Shown here in pieces: positions 1 through 8,275 of a DNA stretch of 32,000 nucleotides. The DNA is from Siccibacter turicensis LMG 23730 (GTDB lineage: Bacteria > Pseudomonadota > Gammaproteobacteria > Enterobacterales > Enterobacteriaceae). Made by a program: the position numbers and the translations under genes. The first letter of the stretch is position 1, and each line of letters opens with the position of its first letter. The notes under the pieces were generated by a model. That model saw nothing but the letters and a program-made list of their open reading frames with translations. It did no database searches and was not told the DNA's origin. Location of the stretch: positions 811 to 32,810 of the forward strand of contig NZ_AWFZ01000016.1 in assembly GCF_000463155.2 (NCBI RefSeq), in the 5' to 3' direction.

Positions 1-4
1 ACCT

Positions 5-589
5 GTGAAACTTTCTATTAAGGCCGACCGCAGTAAGCAGTTAGCCTGGGCCTTTATCGGACTTGGCAGCTTCTGTTTTCTGAGTGTCGCGGGAAATGTG
101 TTATCCGGTTCTCTGGCATGGCATTTCGCTACTACCCAGAAAACCATCACCACGCCCATGACTTTTAATCAGCCGTTTATCTCTGATGCAAGTTCAGCTG
201 ACTCTGCCGGGATGACAATGTTCGCAACCTCGTTTGCTTACTGGCGTCTGAACGTCAGTCCGGAAACCATCGATAACGCCCACAAAATCCTTCTGAGTTT
301 TGTGCCAGCGGAGTCCCGCGACAAGCTTAAAAAGGCGCTGGACATCGAGGCTGAACGCATCAAAAAGTCCGGCATCACCTCCCGACTTCAAATCCGCGAA
401 ATCCGCGTAATTGATACCGGGGTCGTGGACATCAGCACCACACTGTCCACTTCAACCACCAACGGCAACATCACCACCCCCCTGAAAGACCAGAGTAAAA
501 CCTTCCGGCTAAAAATGAGTTATGAGAGCGGCCTTATTCGCCTCCGGGACTTCTCAGAACTCGTGCCGGTCACCACCCCCACTAACTGA
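5..589 (+). CDS. traE: F-type conjugative transfer protein TraE (pilus assembly); the start may lie at GTG 5 or upstream of the window
   Basis: The frame is open to the window edge. The 194 aa from GTG 5 have an N-terminal TM segment (AWAFIGLGSFCFLSVAGNVL). The core TPMTFNQPF...FAYWRLNVSPETID is colinear with F TraE (TPMAFNAPF...IALRLNVSSETVD, 188 aa) as I recall it. The gene lies directly upstream of traK, as in F. Confidence 0.9.
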   Translation: MKLSIKADRSKQLAWAFIGLGSFCFLSVAGNVLSGSLAWHFATTQKTITTPMTFNQPFISDASSADSAGMTMFATSFAYWRLNVSPETIDNAHKILLSFVPAESRDKLKKALDIEAERIKKSGITSRLQIREIRVIDTGVVDISTTLSTSTTNGNITTPLKDQSKTFRLKMSYESGLIRLRDFSELVPVTTPTN

Positions 590-600
590 CAGGACTGCCC

Positions 601-1341
601 ATGAAACGTCGCATTTCACCGGCAGCTGCTGCTGTGTTAATGGCAACAGGGTTATTCACAGGCGGCCTTCGGGCCGCCACCGCCCCTGCCGCCATACCGT
701 TTGAGAACGATGCCACCATTAACGTCGCACTCAGCAACACCAACCCCAACAAAATTATCGTTGAAGGGGAAATGGTAACCAGCATCAGCGGCCCATCAGG
801 TGCCTACGACCAGCCACAAACAACACCCGACGGAGCCGTGATTCTGGCCCCCCTCGTCGGCACCGACTTCACCGTATTTGTGCAAACCGCCAAAGGCGCC
901 GCCATCAGCCTTAACGTGAAGCCAAAGCCCGGTAGCGGTCGCACGCTGCGCCTTACCCCGCTCTCTGCTCCGGCCCGTAAAAATGACGACGCGAAAGCGT
1001 GGGAAGAAGGCCAGAGTTATGAAAAAACGCTCGTCACACTTTCCCGCGCCGTGGCGCGTGGCGAAGTCCCGGACGAGTACGAGGAATACCCGGTCAGTCG
1101 CATGCCGGCTTTTAATCCGGGCGTCTCCGTTCGCCTTACACCGGAGCGTCAGTTTGTTGGCTCTCACCTGCGCATCGTGCGTTTTCGCATGACGAACCCC
1201 GGCTACATCACTGCAAGCCTTCGGGAAAAAGACTTCTGGCGTAAGGGTGTGCGTGCCGTGATGCTTTCACAAAACGAGCTGTATGCAGGCGGTGAAGGGT
1301 TTGTCTGGGTCATCTTCTCGGACGGAGCGCCGCAGTCATGA
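601..1341 (+). CDS. traK: F-type T4SS secretin-like periplasmic/outer-membrane protein TraK
   Basis: ATG 601 is preceded by AGGA at 591-594. The 246 aa product has a signal peptide. NVALSNTNPN and RAVMLSQ...VWVIFSDG parallel F TraK (ISNTSPN, RAVMFSQ...VYVIRDG). Position between traE and traB fits. Confidence 0.9.
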   Translation: MKRRISPAAAAVLMATGLFTGGLRAATAPAAIPFENDATINVALSNTNPNKIIVEGEMVTSISGPSGAYDQPQTTPDGAVILAPLVGTDFTVFVQTAKGAAISLNVKPKPGSGRTLRLTPLSAPARKNDDAKAWEEGQSYEKTLVTLSRAVARGEVPDEYEEYPVSRMPAFNPGVSVRLTPERQFVGSHLRIVRFRMTNPGYITASLREKDFWRKGVRAVMLSQNELYAGGEGFVWVIFSDGAPQS

Positions 1342-2762
1342 GCCTGAACATCAACGTCACGACTCGTCGTAATCAGTTTCTCATCCTGCTGGGCGTCATC
1401 CTTGTCGCCGGCACCGCTGCCGGTGCTGTTGCTATCTGGGGCGATGAAAGCAGCCAGGGCAAACAAGCTGCTGCCACCACGCCCACGCCGAACATGACCG
1501 GCGTCGTTACCTCAGCTTTTGAGGAGCAGGTGAATCAGTCAGCACTGGCGCAACAGCAGGCTAAAACGTCTGCACTGGAAAATCAGATGACGCAGCTCGC
1601 GCAACTGATTAACCAGAACAAGACCACAACCGAACAGCAGCTGCAGAAAAAGGATGCTGAAATTCAGCGCCTGAGCGAGCAGCTGCAACAGAGCAGGGCA
1701 GGCAGCAACCCACCCACCGGACAGCAGACACCACCTGCTGTCACGGATGGAACACCACTCCCGGGTCCGGTTGCTGCCGGCCAGGCACGTCCTCCCGAAT
1801 ACACCATCACCCCCTCATCCACCATGCCGGCCGCCACCGGTGCAGTGAACATGAATCAGGGTGCCGGGTTCTATCCGGGCGGCTCCGGCCATCGCATTAC
1901 CGGCGGGCTTTCCACCACCACGTTTAACTATGAAAGCCTGCAAAAGAAGAAAGCCACTAAGCTCCCGTGGATACCCTCCGGCTCATTTTCCGACGCCATC
2001 CTGATTGAAGGCGCCGACGCGAACGCCAGCGTGACCGGTCAGCAGAACAGCCGCCCCGTGACTATCCGTCTGCAGGGGAAGGTTCAGATGCCGAACAACC
2101 ATGAGTACGACATGGACGGGTGCTTTGTGGTCGGGGAAATCTGGGGGGATATCTCCAGTGAACGCGGTGAGGTGCGAACCAGAAGCGTCAGCTGTGTGCT
2201 GAAAAGTGGCAAGCACGTGGACATGGATTTTGAAGGTCATGTCAGCTATCAGGGCAAAGGCGGCATCAAGGGCACACCGGTCATGCGTAACGGCAAGATT
2301 GTCGGATATGCCGGGGCAGCAGGCCTGCTGTCAGGCTTTGGTGAGGGCATTAAGTCCGCCGCCACGCCATCAGTCGGTCTGGGCGCTACCGCCGACGTCA
2401 GTGCCAGCGATGTGTTCGGTCAGGGTCTGGGAGGCGGTGCCAGCAAGGCCGCAGATACTCTCAGCCAGTACTGGATTAAACGCGCAGAGCAGTACCACCC
2501 GGTTATCGATATCGGCGCGGGTAACCGTGTGACCGTCGTGTTCCAGAAAGGCTTCCGGCTTGAAACACTGGAAGACGCAGAGGACGCGAAGGCACAGGAG
2601 GCCGCGCAGAAAGGGGGCGATAACGGTGCACAGGCCACAGCTGCCAGCCAGCCCATTCCGGCCGGCGCAGGCACAACCACGACCGCGCAGCTGGGTAACA
2701 TCGATCCGGATGAAGTCCTGAAACGCGCCAGCGAGCTGCGCCTCGGCGACGCCATCAACTAA
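1338..2762 (+). CDS. traB: F-type T4SS inner-membrane/periplasm-spanning protein TraB (VirB10-like)
   Basis: ATGA overlap with the traK stop. The 474 aa product has an N-terminal TM, a Gln-rich coiled coil and a Pro-rich linker. The C-terminal blocks IPSGSFSDAILIEGADANASVTG, GIKGTPVMRNGKI and YWIKRAEQYHPVIDIGAGN closely match recalled F TraB. Confidence 0.95.
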   Translation: MSLNINVTTRRNQFLILLGVILVAGTAAGAVAIWGDESSQGKQAAATTPTPNMTGVVTSAFEEQVNQSALAQQQAKTSALENQMTQLAQLINQNKTTTEQQLQKKDAEIQRLSEQLQQSRAGSNPPTGQQTPPAVTDGTPLPGPVAAGQARPPEYTITPSSTMPAATGAVNMNQGAGFYPGGSGHRITGGLSTTTFNYESLQKKKATKLPWIPSGSFSDAILIEGADANASVTGQQNSRPVTIRLQGKVQMPNNHEYDMDGCFVVGEIWGDISSERGEVRTRSVSCVLKSGKHVDMDFEGHVSYQGKGGIKGTPVMRNGKIVGYAGAAGLLSGFGEGIKSAATPSVGLGATADVSASDVFGQGLGGGASKAADTLSQYWIKRAEQYHPVIDIGAGNRVTVVFQKGFRLETLEDAEDAKAQEAAQKGGDNGAQATAASQPIPAGAGTTTTAQLGNIDPDEVLKRASELRLGDAIN

Positions 2763-2817
2763 TCCTGATTTATTCCCCGACTCATTTCCTTACCTTACTC
2801 TATTCCCGGAGATATCC

Positions 2818-3387
2818 ATGAAACCTTTACTGGGTGCTGCACTGCTGTGCAGCGTTCTGACCGGCTGCGCCGGTATGAACAGCGATTTCGACTGCAACAA
2901 AACCGCCACGGACCAGTGCCTGACTACGGCAGAGGCCAACAAGCTTGCCGCGCAGGGCAAAAGTCTTGATGAACTGGCCGTTGAGAAAACCTCAAAAAAG
3001 CCTGCGGGTGAAACCCTGCCGGCACTGCGTAACTCAGCGCCGATGGTGAATCCTTCCCGTCCCGTCTCTGTGGCAGCAACCGGTTCTGCATCGTCCGGCA
3101 CCCTTGCCCCGCGACCGCTCTATACCCCGCCGGCTACAACCTCCGCGTTAACCAGCCGCCCGGCAAACCCGGCACCGCGTCCGGTAACGGTCGCAGCCCC
3201 GGTTAAACCGGTGAACGACACGGGGCGCGTGAATGCCCTGCGCGTTCCGGATGCCACGCAGCGGCTGTGGATAGCGCCCTGGGTTGATACCGATGACAAC
3301 TTTCATCAGCCCTCTGTGGTCGAGTTCGTGAAGAACAAATCGCACTGGGATGAAGGGTTCCGCGTGATTCAGGAGGGAGGCGAGTGA
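2818..3387 (+). CDS. traV: Outer-membrane lipoprotein TraV
   Basis: SD GGAGA lies upstream. The signal peptide ends in the lipobox LTGC. FDCN...DQC after the lipid Cys parallels F TraV FECN...DTC. A Pro-rich middle and the position before traC also fit. Confidence 0.9.
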   Translation: MKPLLGAALLCSVLTGCAGMNSDFDCNKTATDQCLTTAEANKLAAQGKSLDELAVEKTSKKPAGETLPALRNSAPMVNPSRPVSVAATGSASSGTLAPRPLYTPPATTSALTSRPANPAPRPVTVAAPVKPVNDTGRVNALRVPDATQRLWIAPWVDTDDNFHQPSVVEFVKNKSHWDEGFRVIQEGGE

Positions 3388-3623
3388 AAAAGGCCGTACA
3401 GCTTTCACGTCGGGCACGGGAGGCCCGCAACTGGCAGGGAGGCTGCCGTTTTCCGGAAGAAAGCGGTCTGGCCGACTTAACCCTTATCGTCGCCGGTCTT
3501 CCGCATGAGTCGGGAAGCCGGGGACGAGCCAGTGACCTTTATGATGCCGGGCGCGAGCGCCGGCTTGAACTTATCCGTGACATTGCCGGGCGCATGCAGT
3601 CAGGCATGAGGACCAAACCATGA
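3384..3623 (+). CDS. Hypothetical 79 aa protein in the traR position
   Basis: GTG start overlaps the traV stop (GTGA) and the stop overlaps the traC ATG (ATGA). The ORF therefore exactly fills the traV-traC gap. I recognise no domain. It has only one Cys, so it is not a DksA/TraR-type zinc finger. Confidence 0.5.
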   Translation: MKKAVQLSRRAREARNWQGGCRFPEESGLADLTLIVAGLPHESGSRGRASDLYDAGRERRLELIRDIAGRMQSGMRTKP

Positions 3624-6232
3624 GTAGTGTTCTCGACAGTGTACTCGGGCTGCTGGGCAGCCGGAGTGAAAAGGACGGGGCGCGAACAGCAAAAGCAAAT
3701 CTCGAACAGACCTGGGATTATCCGTCCCTGACCGCCGCGCTGCCGTGGCGTTACTACGATGATGCCAGCGACCTGTTTATCAATGCCGGTACCGCCGGAT
3801 TTATCCTTGAAGCCGCGCCGCTGCCCGGCGCCAATGAGCAGGTGATCGCCGCGCTTGATGACATGCTGCGCAAAAAATTGCCGCGCAAAACGCCGGTGAC
3901 GGTCATCCTCACCGCCAGTAAGTGTGTGGGCGAGCGTATCGAGCAGGGTGTCAGTACCGATATGTGGAAAGGGGAGATGGCCCCGCACCTGAATAAAATC
4001 ACTCAGGCGTTCTGGCAGAAGTCCGCGCTGAAGGGTTTCTCCAACAAGCGCGACCTGCCGCTGTACCTGCGCAACTACCGCGTGTTCATTGTTTACGGCA
4101 AGCCGGTGAAGCGCCTCACGCAGCAGGTGATGGATGAGCTTATCCAGCTGCGCAACACCATCCGCGTTTCGCTCGATGCTGCCCGTATCGAAAGCCGTAA
4201 TGCCGGCGTGAATGAGTTCCTGTCGGTGATGCGCGAGCTGATGAATTACCGTCATGACCAGGTGATGCCGGCAAGCCGGGAGTACAACGAAGACGAGCAC
4301 CTGAACCGCCAGGTGGTTGAGCAGGGCATTGATGTGAAGGTCCGCCCGTCTCATATCCGTCTGGAAGTGCCGGAAAGCGTGACGGAGAGCAGCACCGGCA
4401 CAACCCGCATACCTGCCTCGGCATGTCGTATCGTGAACATGCAGCTCAGCAAAAACCCGACCCGCTTCGCACTGTGGCAGGGGGCCGATAATCTGCAGAA
4501 CCTGCGCTTCCCGGACCTCGGTATTCCGTGTCCGTTTATGCTGACTTTCACGGTTGAGCTTGAGGAGCAGACCAGCAGTCAGGGCGAGGCGAACCGCAAA
4601 TACTTCGATCTGCAGAAGAAAGCGAGCAGCGCCTATGCCCAGCTGTTCCCGCAGACGAAACGCGCGGCTGAAGAGTGGAGCCGGTTGCGTGAGCAACTGG
4701 GCACCAACGAAACCGCGCTGTGCCGCTACTACCTGAACCTGACGCTGTTCACCCCTGATAACGACCAGGAGTCGCTCTCCTGTGAACTGGCCGCAGTCAA
4801 CGTGTTCCGTAAAAACGAGCTGGAGATGACGACCATCCAGTTCCAGCAGATGCGTAACTGGCTGGCCGGCTTCCCCTTCGTGATGCAGGAAGGGATGTGG
4901 GATGACCTGAAAATGACCGGGGCCACGCTGCGCGGCAAAAGCATGAACGCGGTAAACCTCATGCCGGTGGTTGGCGAGCGCCAGCTCTCGTACCGCGGTA
5001 TGCCGCTGCCGACCTACCGCAACCAGGTCGCGTTTTTTGACATGTTCGGTGAGGAGAACGGCAGCACCAACTTCAATATTGCCGTGACCGGTACCTCCGG
5101 GGCCGGTAAGTCGTTCCTGACGCAGGGCATACTGCGCGACGTGCTGAACGCCGGCGGCTTCGCCTGGGTTATCGACATGGGCGACAGCTACAAGAACTAC
5201 TGTCATCAGGCCGGTGGGGTGTATCTCGACGGAGCAGCGTTGCGCTTTAATCCCTTCTCGAACGTGAAGGACATCAACATGTCGGCAGAAGGGATTGTGC
5301 GGTTGCTGACGGTACTGGCGAGTCCGTCTGAGCCACTCGATGCCGTCTGCGAAGCCATTCTGCAGAAAGCGGTGATGTATGCCTGGGAGCAGAAAGGCGC
5401 ACGTGCCCGTATTGATGACGTGCATGCCTTCCTGACCAGTGAGGAAGTGCATGCCAGTTTCCAGGACAAGCCGACCATTATTGCGCGCCTGGCTGAGCTG
5501 GCCATGCTGCTGGAAACCTACTGTAGCACCGGCCCGGACGGGGAGTACTTCAATGCCGATACGCCGACGCTCGACGGCGAGACGCGCTTTGCGGTGCTGG
5601 AGTTGCTGAGCCTTGAAGGTAAACCGAAGCTGCTGAGCGCGATTCTGTTCTCCCTCATCCTGGCGATTCAGGAAAAGATGTACCACAGCCCGCGTAGCCT
5701 GAAAAAAGTCTGCATTATCGATGAAGCATGGCGTCTGCTGGGTGGCTCTAACCCGCATGCCGCAAAGTTTATCGAGACCGGCTACCGTACCGTGCGCCGT
5801 CACCGCGGCTCATTCGTCACCATCACGCAGGGTATCAAGGACTTCACCGCCAGTACCCAGGCGGAAGCGGCGTGGAACAACAGCTCCACCAAAATCACCC
5901 TGCTGCAGGACGCGAAAGCCTTCAAACAATACCTCGCCGACAACCCCGATCAGTTCTCGGATATGGAAAAGGAAGTCATCAAATACTTCCAGCCGGCACG
6001 TGCGTCCGGGTTCAGCTCCCTGTTGATTTCCGCAGGGGAGCACAGCTCATTCCACCGGCTGTTTGTAGATCCGGTGACGCGGGCAATGTTCAGTTCGCGC
6101 GGTGAGGATTTTGCCTTTATGCAGGAAGCCCAGAAAGCCGGGGCAACCGCTGAAGAAGCCGCGTACCTGCTGGCGCAGAAAGAATTCGGGGGCGAGCTGG
6201 AGGAGCTGGAAGAATGGGTGAGCGCAGCATGA
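3620..6232 (+). CDS. traC: F-type T4SS ATPase TraC (VirB4 family)
   Basis: 870 aa with Walker A GTSGAGKS and Walker B-like VCIIDEAW. Many blocks are colinear with recalled F TraC (YRNQVAFFD, GGVYLDG..LRFNPF, ARIDDV, GYRT.RRH.G...ITQ, HRLFVDP..RAM). Confidence 0.97.
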   Translation: MSSVLDSVLGLLGSRSEKDGARTAKANLEQTWDYPSLTAALPWRYYDDASDLFINAGTAGFILEAAPLPGANEQVIAALDDMLRKKLPRKTPVTVILTASKCVGERIEQGVSTDMWKGEMAPHLNKITQAFWQKSALKGFSNKRDLPLYLRNYRVFIVYGKPVKRLTQQVMDELIQLRNTIRVSLDAARIESRNAGVNEFLSVMRELMNYRHDQVMPASREYNEDEHLNRQVVEQGIDVKVRPSHIRLEVPESVTESSTGTTRIPASACRIVNMQLSKNPTRFALWQGADNLQNLRFPDLGIPCPFMLTFTVELEEQTSSQGEANRKYFDLQKKASSAYAQLFPQTKRAAEEWSRLREQLGTNETALCRYYLNLTLFTPDNDQESLSCELAAVNVFRKNELEMTTIQFQQMRNWLAGFPFVMQEGMWDDLKMTGATLRGKSMNAVNLMPVVGERQLSYRGMPLPTYRNQVAFFDMFGEENGSTNFNIAVTGTSGAGKSFLTQGILRDVLNAGGFAWVIDMGDSYKNYCHQAGGVYLDGAALRFNPFSNVKDINMSAEGIVRLLTVLASPSEPLDAVCEAILQKAVMYAWEQKGARARIDDVHAFLTSEEVHASFQDKPTIIARLAELAMLLETYCSTGPDGEYFNADTPTLDGETRFAVLELLSLEGKPKLLSAILFSLILAIQEKMYHSPRSLKKVCIIDEAWRLLGGSNPHAAKFIETGYRTVRRHRGSFVTITQGIKDFTASTQAEAAWNNSSTKITLLQDAKAFKQYLADNPDQFSDMEKEVIKYFQPARASGFSSLLISAGEHSSFHRLFVDPVTRAMFSSRGEDFAFMQEAQKAGATAEEAAYLLAQKEFGGELEELEEWVSAA

Positions 6233-6639
6233 AAAAACAGGATGATAATTACAGCACACAGACAGTACGGGACGGGGTCACCCTGACCGCCCGCCTTCAG
6301 TCATGGGGGTTACTGCTCCTGGGCATGCTGGCTGCCGTGGTGGCGATGGTGGCAGTCAGCATTATCACCGTTCACCTCAGTACGCCGCGGATCGTGTCTT
6401 TCGATATGAAAGGGACGATGGATATGTTTATCCAGCAAACCCTGCAGCAGAAGCTGACTGAGGACCAGTCGAAAGTCCTGATGCAGCGCTTTAATACCGC
6501 GCTGACGGACAGCCTGACGGCATGGCAGGCCGAGCATAACGTGGTCATTCTGGTAGCTCCGGCGGTCGTCAGCACCCAGCCGGATATCACGGGCGATATC
6601 CGCAGTGACATTGCGCAGAAGATGAAGGGGGGCCAGTGA
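6229..6639 (+). CDS. trbI: TrbI, inner-membrane pilus retraction/assembly accessory protein
   Basis: ATG 6229 overlaps the traC stop (ATGA); an alternative in-frame ATG lies at 6214. It has a single TM. FNTALTDSLTAWQAEHNVVILVAPAVV...PDITGDIRSDIAQKM parallels F TrbI (FNTALEASLQAWQQKHHAVILVSPAVV..PDITREIQQDIAHRM). Confidence 0.88.
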   Translation: MKKQDDNYSTQTVRDGVTLTARLQSWGLLLLGMLAAVVAMVAVSIITVHLSTPRIVSFDMKGTMDMFIQQTLQQKLTEDQSKVLMQRFNTALTDSLTAWQAEHNVVILVAPAVVSTQPDITGDIRSDIAQKMKGGQ

Positions 6640-7271
6640 ACACACCCCTGAAACTTGCAACGCTGGCGGCCGTTCTGCTGTCGGCCAGTGTCAGCGCGAA
6701 AGACCTCGGTACCTGGGGGAATCTGTTTGAGCCGGCAGAACAGGACATGCTGGCTTTCATTCAGGGACGTCTGAAATCGATGGAGCAAAGCGGAGAGCTG
6801 GGGCGGCTGCAGAGCGAAGCCATCGAGCGTGTGAAGCGTAACGCGGTGCGACCGCAGCCGGTGGCTGGCATCAGCCCTGCCGTGAAGTACCGCACGTTCA
6901 GTTATGACCCCACCTTCATCGTCAACGAAACCATTACCGATATGAAAGGAAACATCATCGCCCGCAAGGGCGATCGGGTTAATCCATTCGATAAGGTGCC
7001 GTTCAGTCAGACCCTCTATTTTATCGACGGTGATAACCGCGATGAACTGACGTGGATGAAGCAGCAGCTGAGCGCGACGACGAATTTCAAGGTCATTCTG
7101 GTGAAGGGCAACATCAAGGACACCAGTGATGCCCTCGATGAGCGTATCTACTTCGACCAGGCCGGTGTGCTGACCACGAAGTTTGGTATCGAACATACCC
7201 CCGCGCGCGTGAGTCGTGACGATCGCGTCCTGAAAATTGAGGAAATTCCTGCCACAGGAGCAAAAAAATGA
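6636..7271 (+). CDS. traW: Periplasmic pilus-assembly protein TraW
   Basis: GTG start overlaps the trbI stop (GTGA). The 211 aa product has a signal peptide (F TraW is about 210 aa). Position between trbI and traU-side genes fits. The family call rests mainly on size, synteny and general resemblance. Confidence 0.85.
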   Translation: MNTPLKLATLAAVLLSASVSAKDLGTWGNLFEPAEQDMLAFIQGRLKSMEQSGELGRLQSEAIERVKRNAVRPQPVAGISPAVKYRTFSYDPTFIVNETITDMKGNIIARKGDRVNPFDKVPFSQTLYFIDGDNRDELTWMKQQLSATTNFKVILVKGNIKDTSDALDERIYFDQAGVLTTKFGIEHTPARVSRDDRVLKIEEIPATGAKK

Positions 7272-7564
7272 ACAGTGCTGAAATGAACACCACGTCGTCA
7301 CGCAGCTGCGGCTTCAGAAAGGAAAGCATGAGCAGCCGCGGGCACCGGCTCAAAGACCTGTATCCGGAGATGGAGTCATGGGGCGCCAGTTTTCTGGCTC
7401 GCGTCTGGCTCGCTTTCACCCGGACGAACGGGCGAAAGGCTGATGTGCCTGAGCAGCGCGACGAAGCATTCCCGGAATACGTGGTGCAGACGCTGATGGA
7501 CATGGCCGCAGCACGCGATCCGAAATGCAGACCGGTGATGCTCGTCAGCAGTGTGGGGGAATGA
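7268..7564 (+). CDS. Hypothetical small soluble protein, paralogue 1 of a tandem pair (98 aa; alternative start ATG 7328 gives 78 aa)
   Basis: ATG overlaps the traW stop (ATGA). The internal ATG 7328 has AAGGA upstream. It shares LxDxYPE..W........W...........DxP..RD..F...........M with the next ORF (see findings). No TM or signal peptide. Confidence 0.6.
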   Translation: MNSAEMNTTSSRSCGFRKESMSSRGHRLKDLYPEMESWGASFLARVWLAFTRTNGRKADVPEQRDEAFPEYVVQTLMDMAAARDPKCRPVMLVSSVGE

Positions 7565-7567
7565 GTT

Positions 7568-7792
7568 ATGCAAAAAGAGCCTCAAACGCAGCGTGTCAGG
7601 GAAAAGCTGCTGCGTGATATCTACCCTGAACTGGCCGCCTGGGATGGCGACTGTGTTCTGGCTGCATGGTCAGTTTATCGCGGTCTGAGCCGGAAAAGTG
7701 ACGATCTGCCGGCGGCGCGTGATGACGGATTCATACGCTTTATAACGGGCAGCATGCAGGCCATGCTGGGCGAGGTAGCAGCATGGAGCTGA
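7568..7792 (+). CDS. Hypothetical small soluble protein, paralogue 2 of the tandem pair (74 aa)
   Basis: ATG lies 3 nt after the previous stop. In my hand alignment, 13 of 52 positions are identical to the preceding ORF without gaps. Confidence 0.6.
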   Translation: MQKEPQTQRVREKLLRDIYPELAAWDGDCVLAAWSVYRGLSRKSDDLPAARDDGFIRFITGSMQAMLGEVAAWS

Positions 7793-7893
7793 TCCACCTC
7801 TCTCTTTGTCTGGTTTCTCCCGGCCTGTTCCTTACGCTTGCCATGACGCTGTTTCTGGCCATGCTGCTGGTTGCCCTCGGCACGGCTGAATGA
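7783..7893 (+). CDS. Possible 36 aa hydrophobic micro-protein (MELIHLSLCLVSPGLFLTLAMTLFLAMLLVALGTAE)
   Basis: It is not in the ORF track because it is too short. ATG 7783 is preceded by GAGG at 7772-7775 (7 nt spacing) and overlaps the end of the 74 aa ORF by 10 nt. It would form a single predicted TM helix. Confidence 0.35.
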   Translation: MELIHLSLCLVSPGLFLTLAMTLFLAMLLVALGTAE

Positions 7894-7996
7894 CCAGCCG
7901 CCCCGTCTCTCAGGATGTTCGGTGCTCACTCTGCTGCGCGCCGCCTCAGCCTGACAGCCGGACCGGCTCCCAATAACACCTTAGGTTCAACCTCCT

Positions 7997-8206
7997 GTGA
8001 AAAAAGACCCTGAACGCAAAAGGGCGCAGAAGAAGAACATTACCTCCACGCGCCTCGATGACGAGGCTGTCGCCCAGATGACCCGGATACTGAGTGACAA
8101 CCCGCTCTACACGCGTGCCCTTGTTCTTCGCGGCGCTATCGAGGCGCTGTACCGCCTTCCAAAGGACCAGCGCGAGGCGATTATCCGCGCGGCTGCCGAA
8201 CACTGA
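7997..8206 (+). CDS. Putative ribbon-helix-helix (CopG/Arc/MetJ-like) DNA-binding protein, 69 aa
   Basis: GTG start with only a weak SD (AGGT, 10 nt upstream). A basic N-terminus (KKDPERKRAQKK) is followed by a short beta-strand-like NITSTRLDDE and two helices (AVAQMTRIL..., ALVLRGAIEALYRL). It follows about 100 nt of non-coding DNA inside the operon. Confidence 0.5.
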   Translation: MKKDPERKRAQKKNITSTRLDDEAVAQMTRILSDNPLYTRALVLRGAIEALYRLPKDQREAIIRAAAEH

Positions 8207-8275
8207 TATCTGTTTTCCCCTTCTTCGCCCTCCCGCCTGCCGGTGGCCGTGGCATTCCCTTATAAGGACTCAAAC

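Noticed and set aside
3539-5803. 754-aa ORF on the - strand, the second longest in that region
   Set aside because: It lies entirely antisense to traC, whose identity is secure from Walker motifs and colinearity with F TraC. Its product is an Arg/His/Gln/Leu-rich string with no motif. That is the typical result of stop-codon depletion on the antisense strand of a GC-rich gene.
6372-7301. 309-aa - strand ORF spanning trbI/traW
   Set aside because: It is antisense to two translationally coupled, recognisable tra genes. It has low-complexity composition and no independent support.
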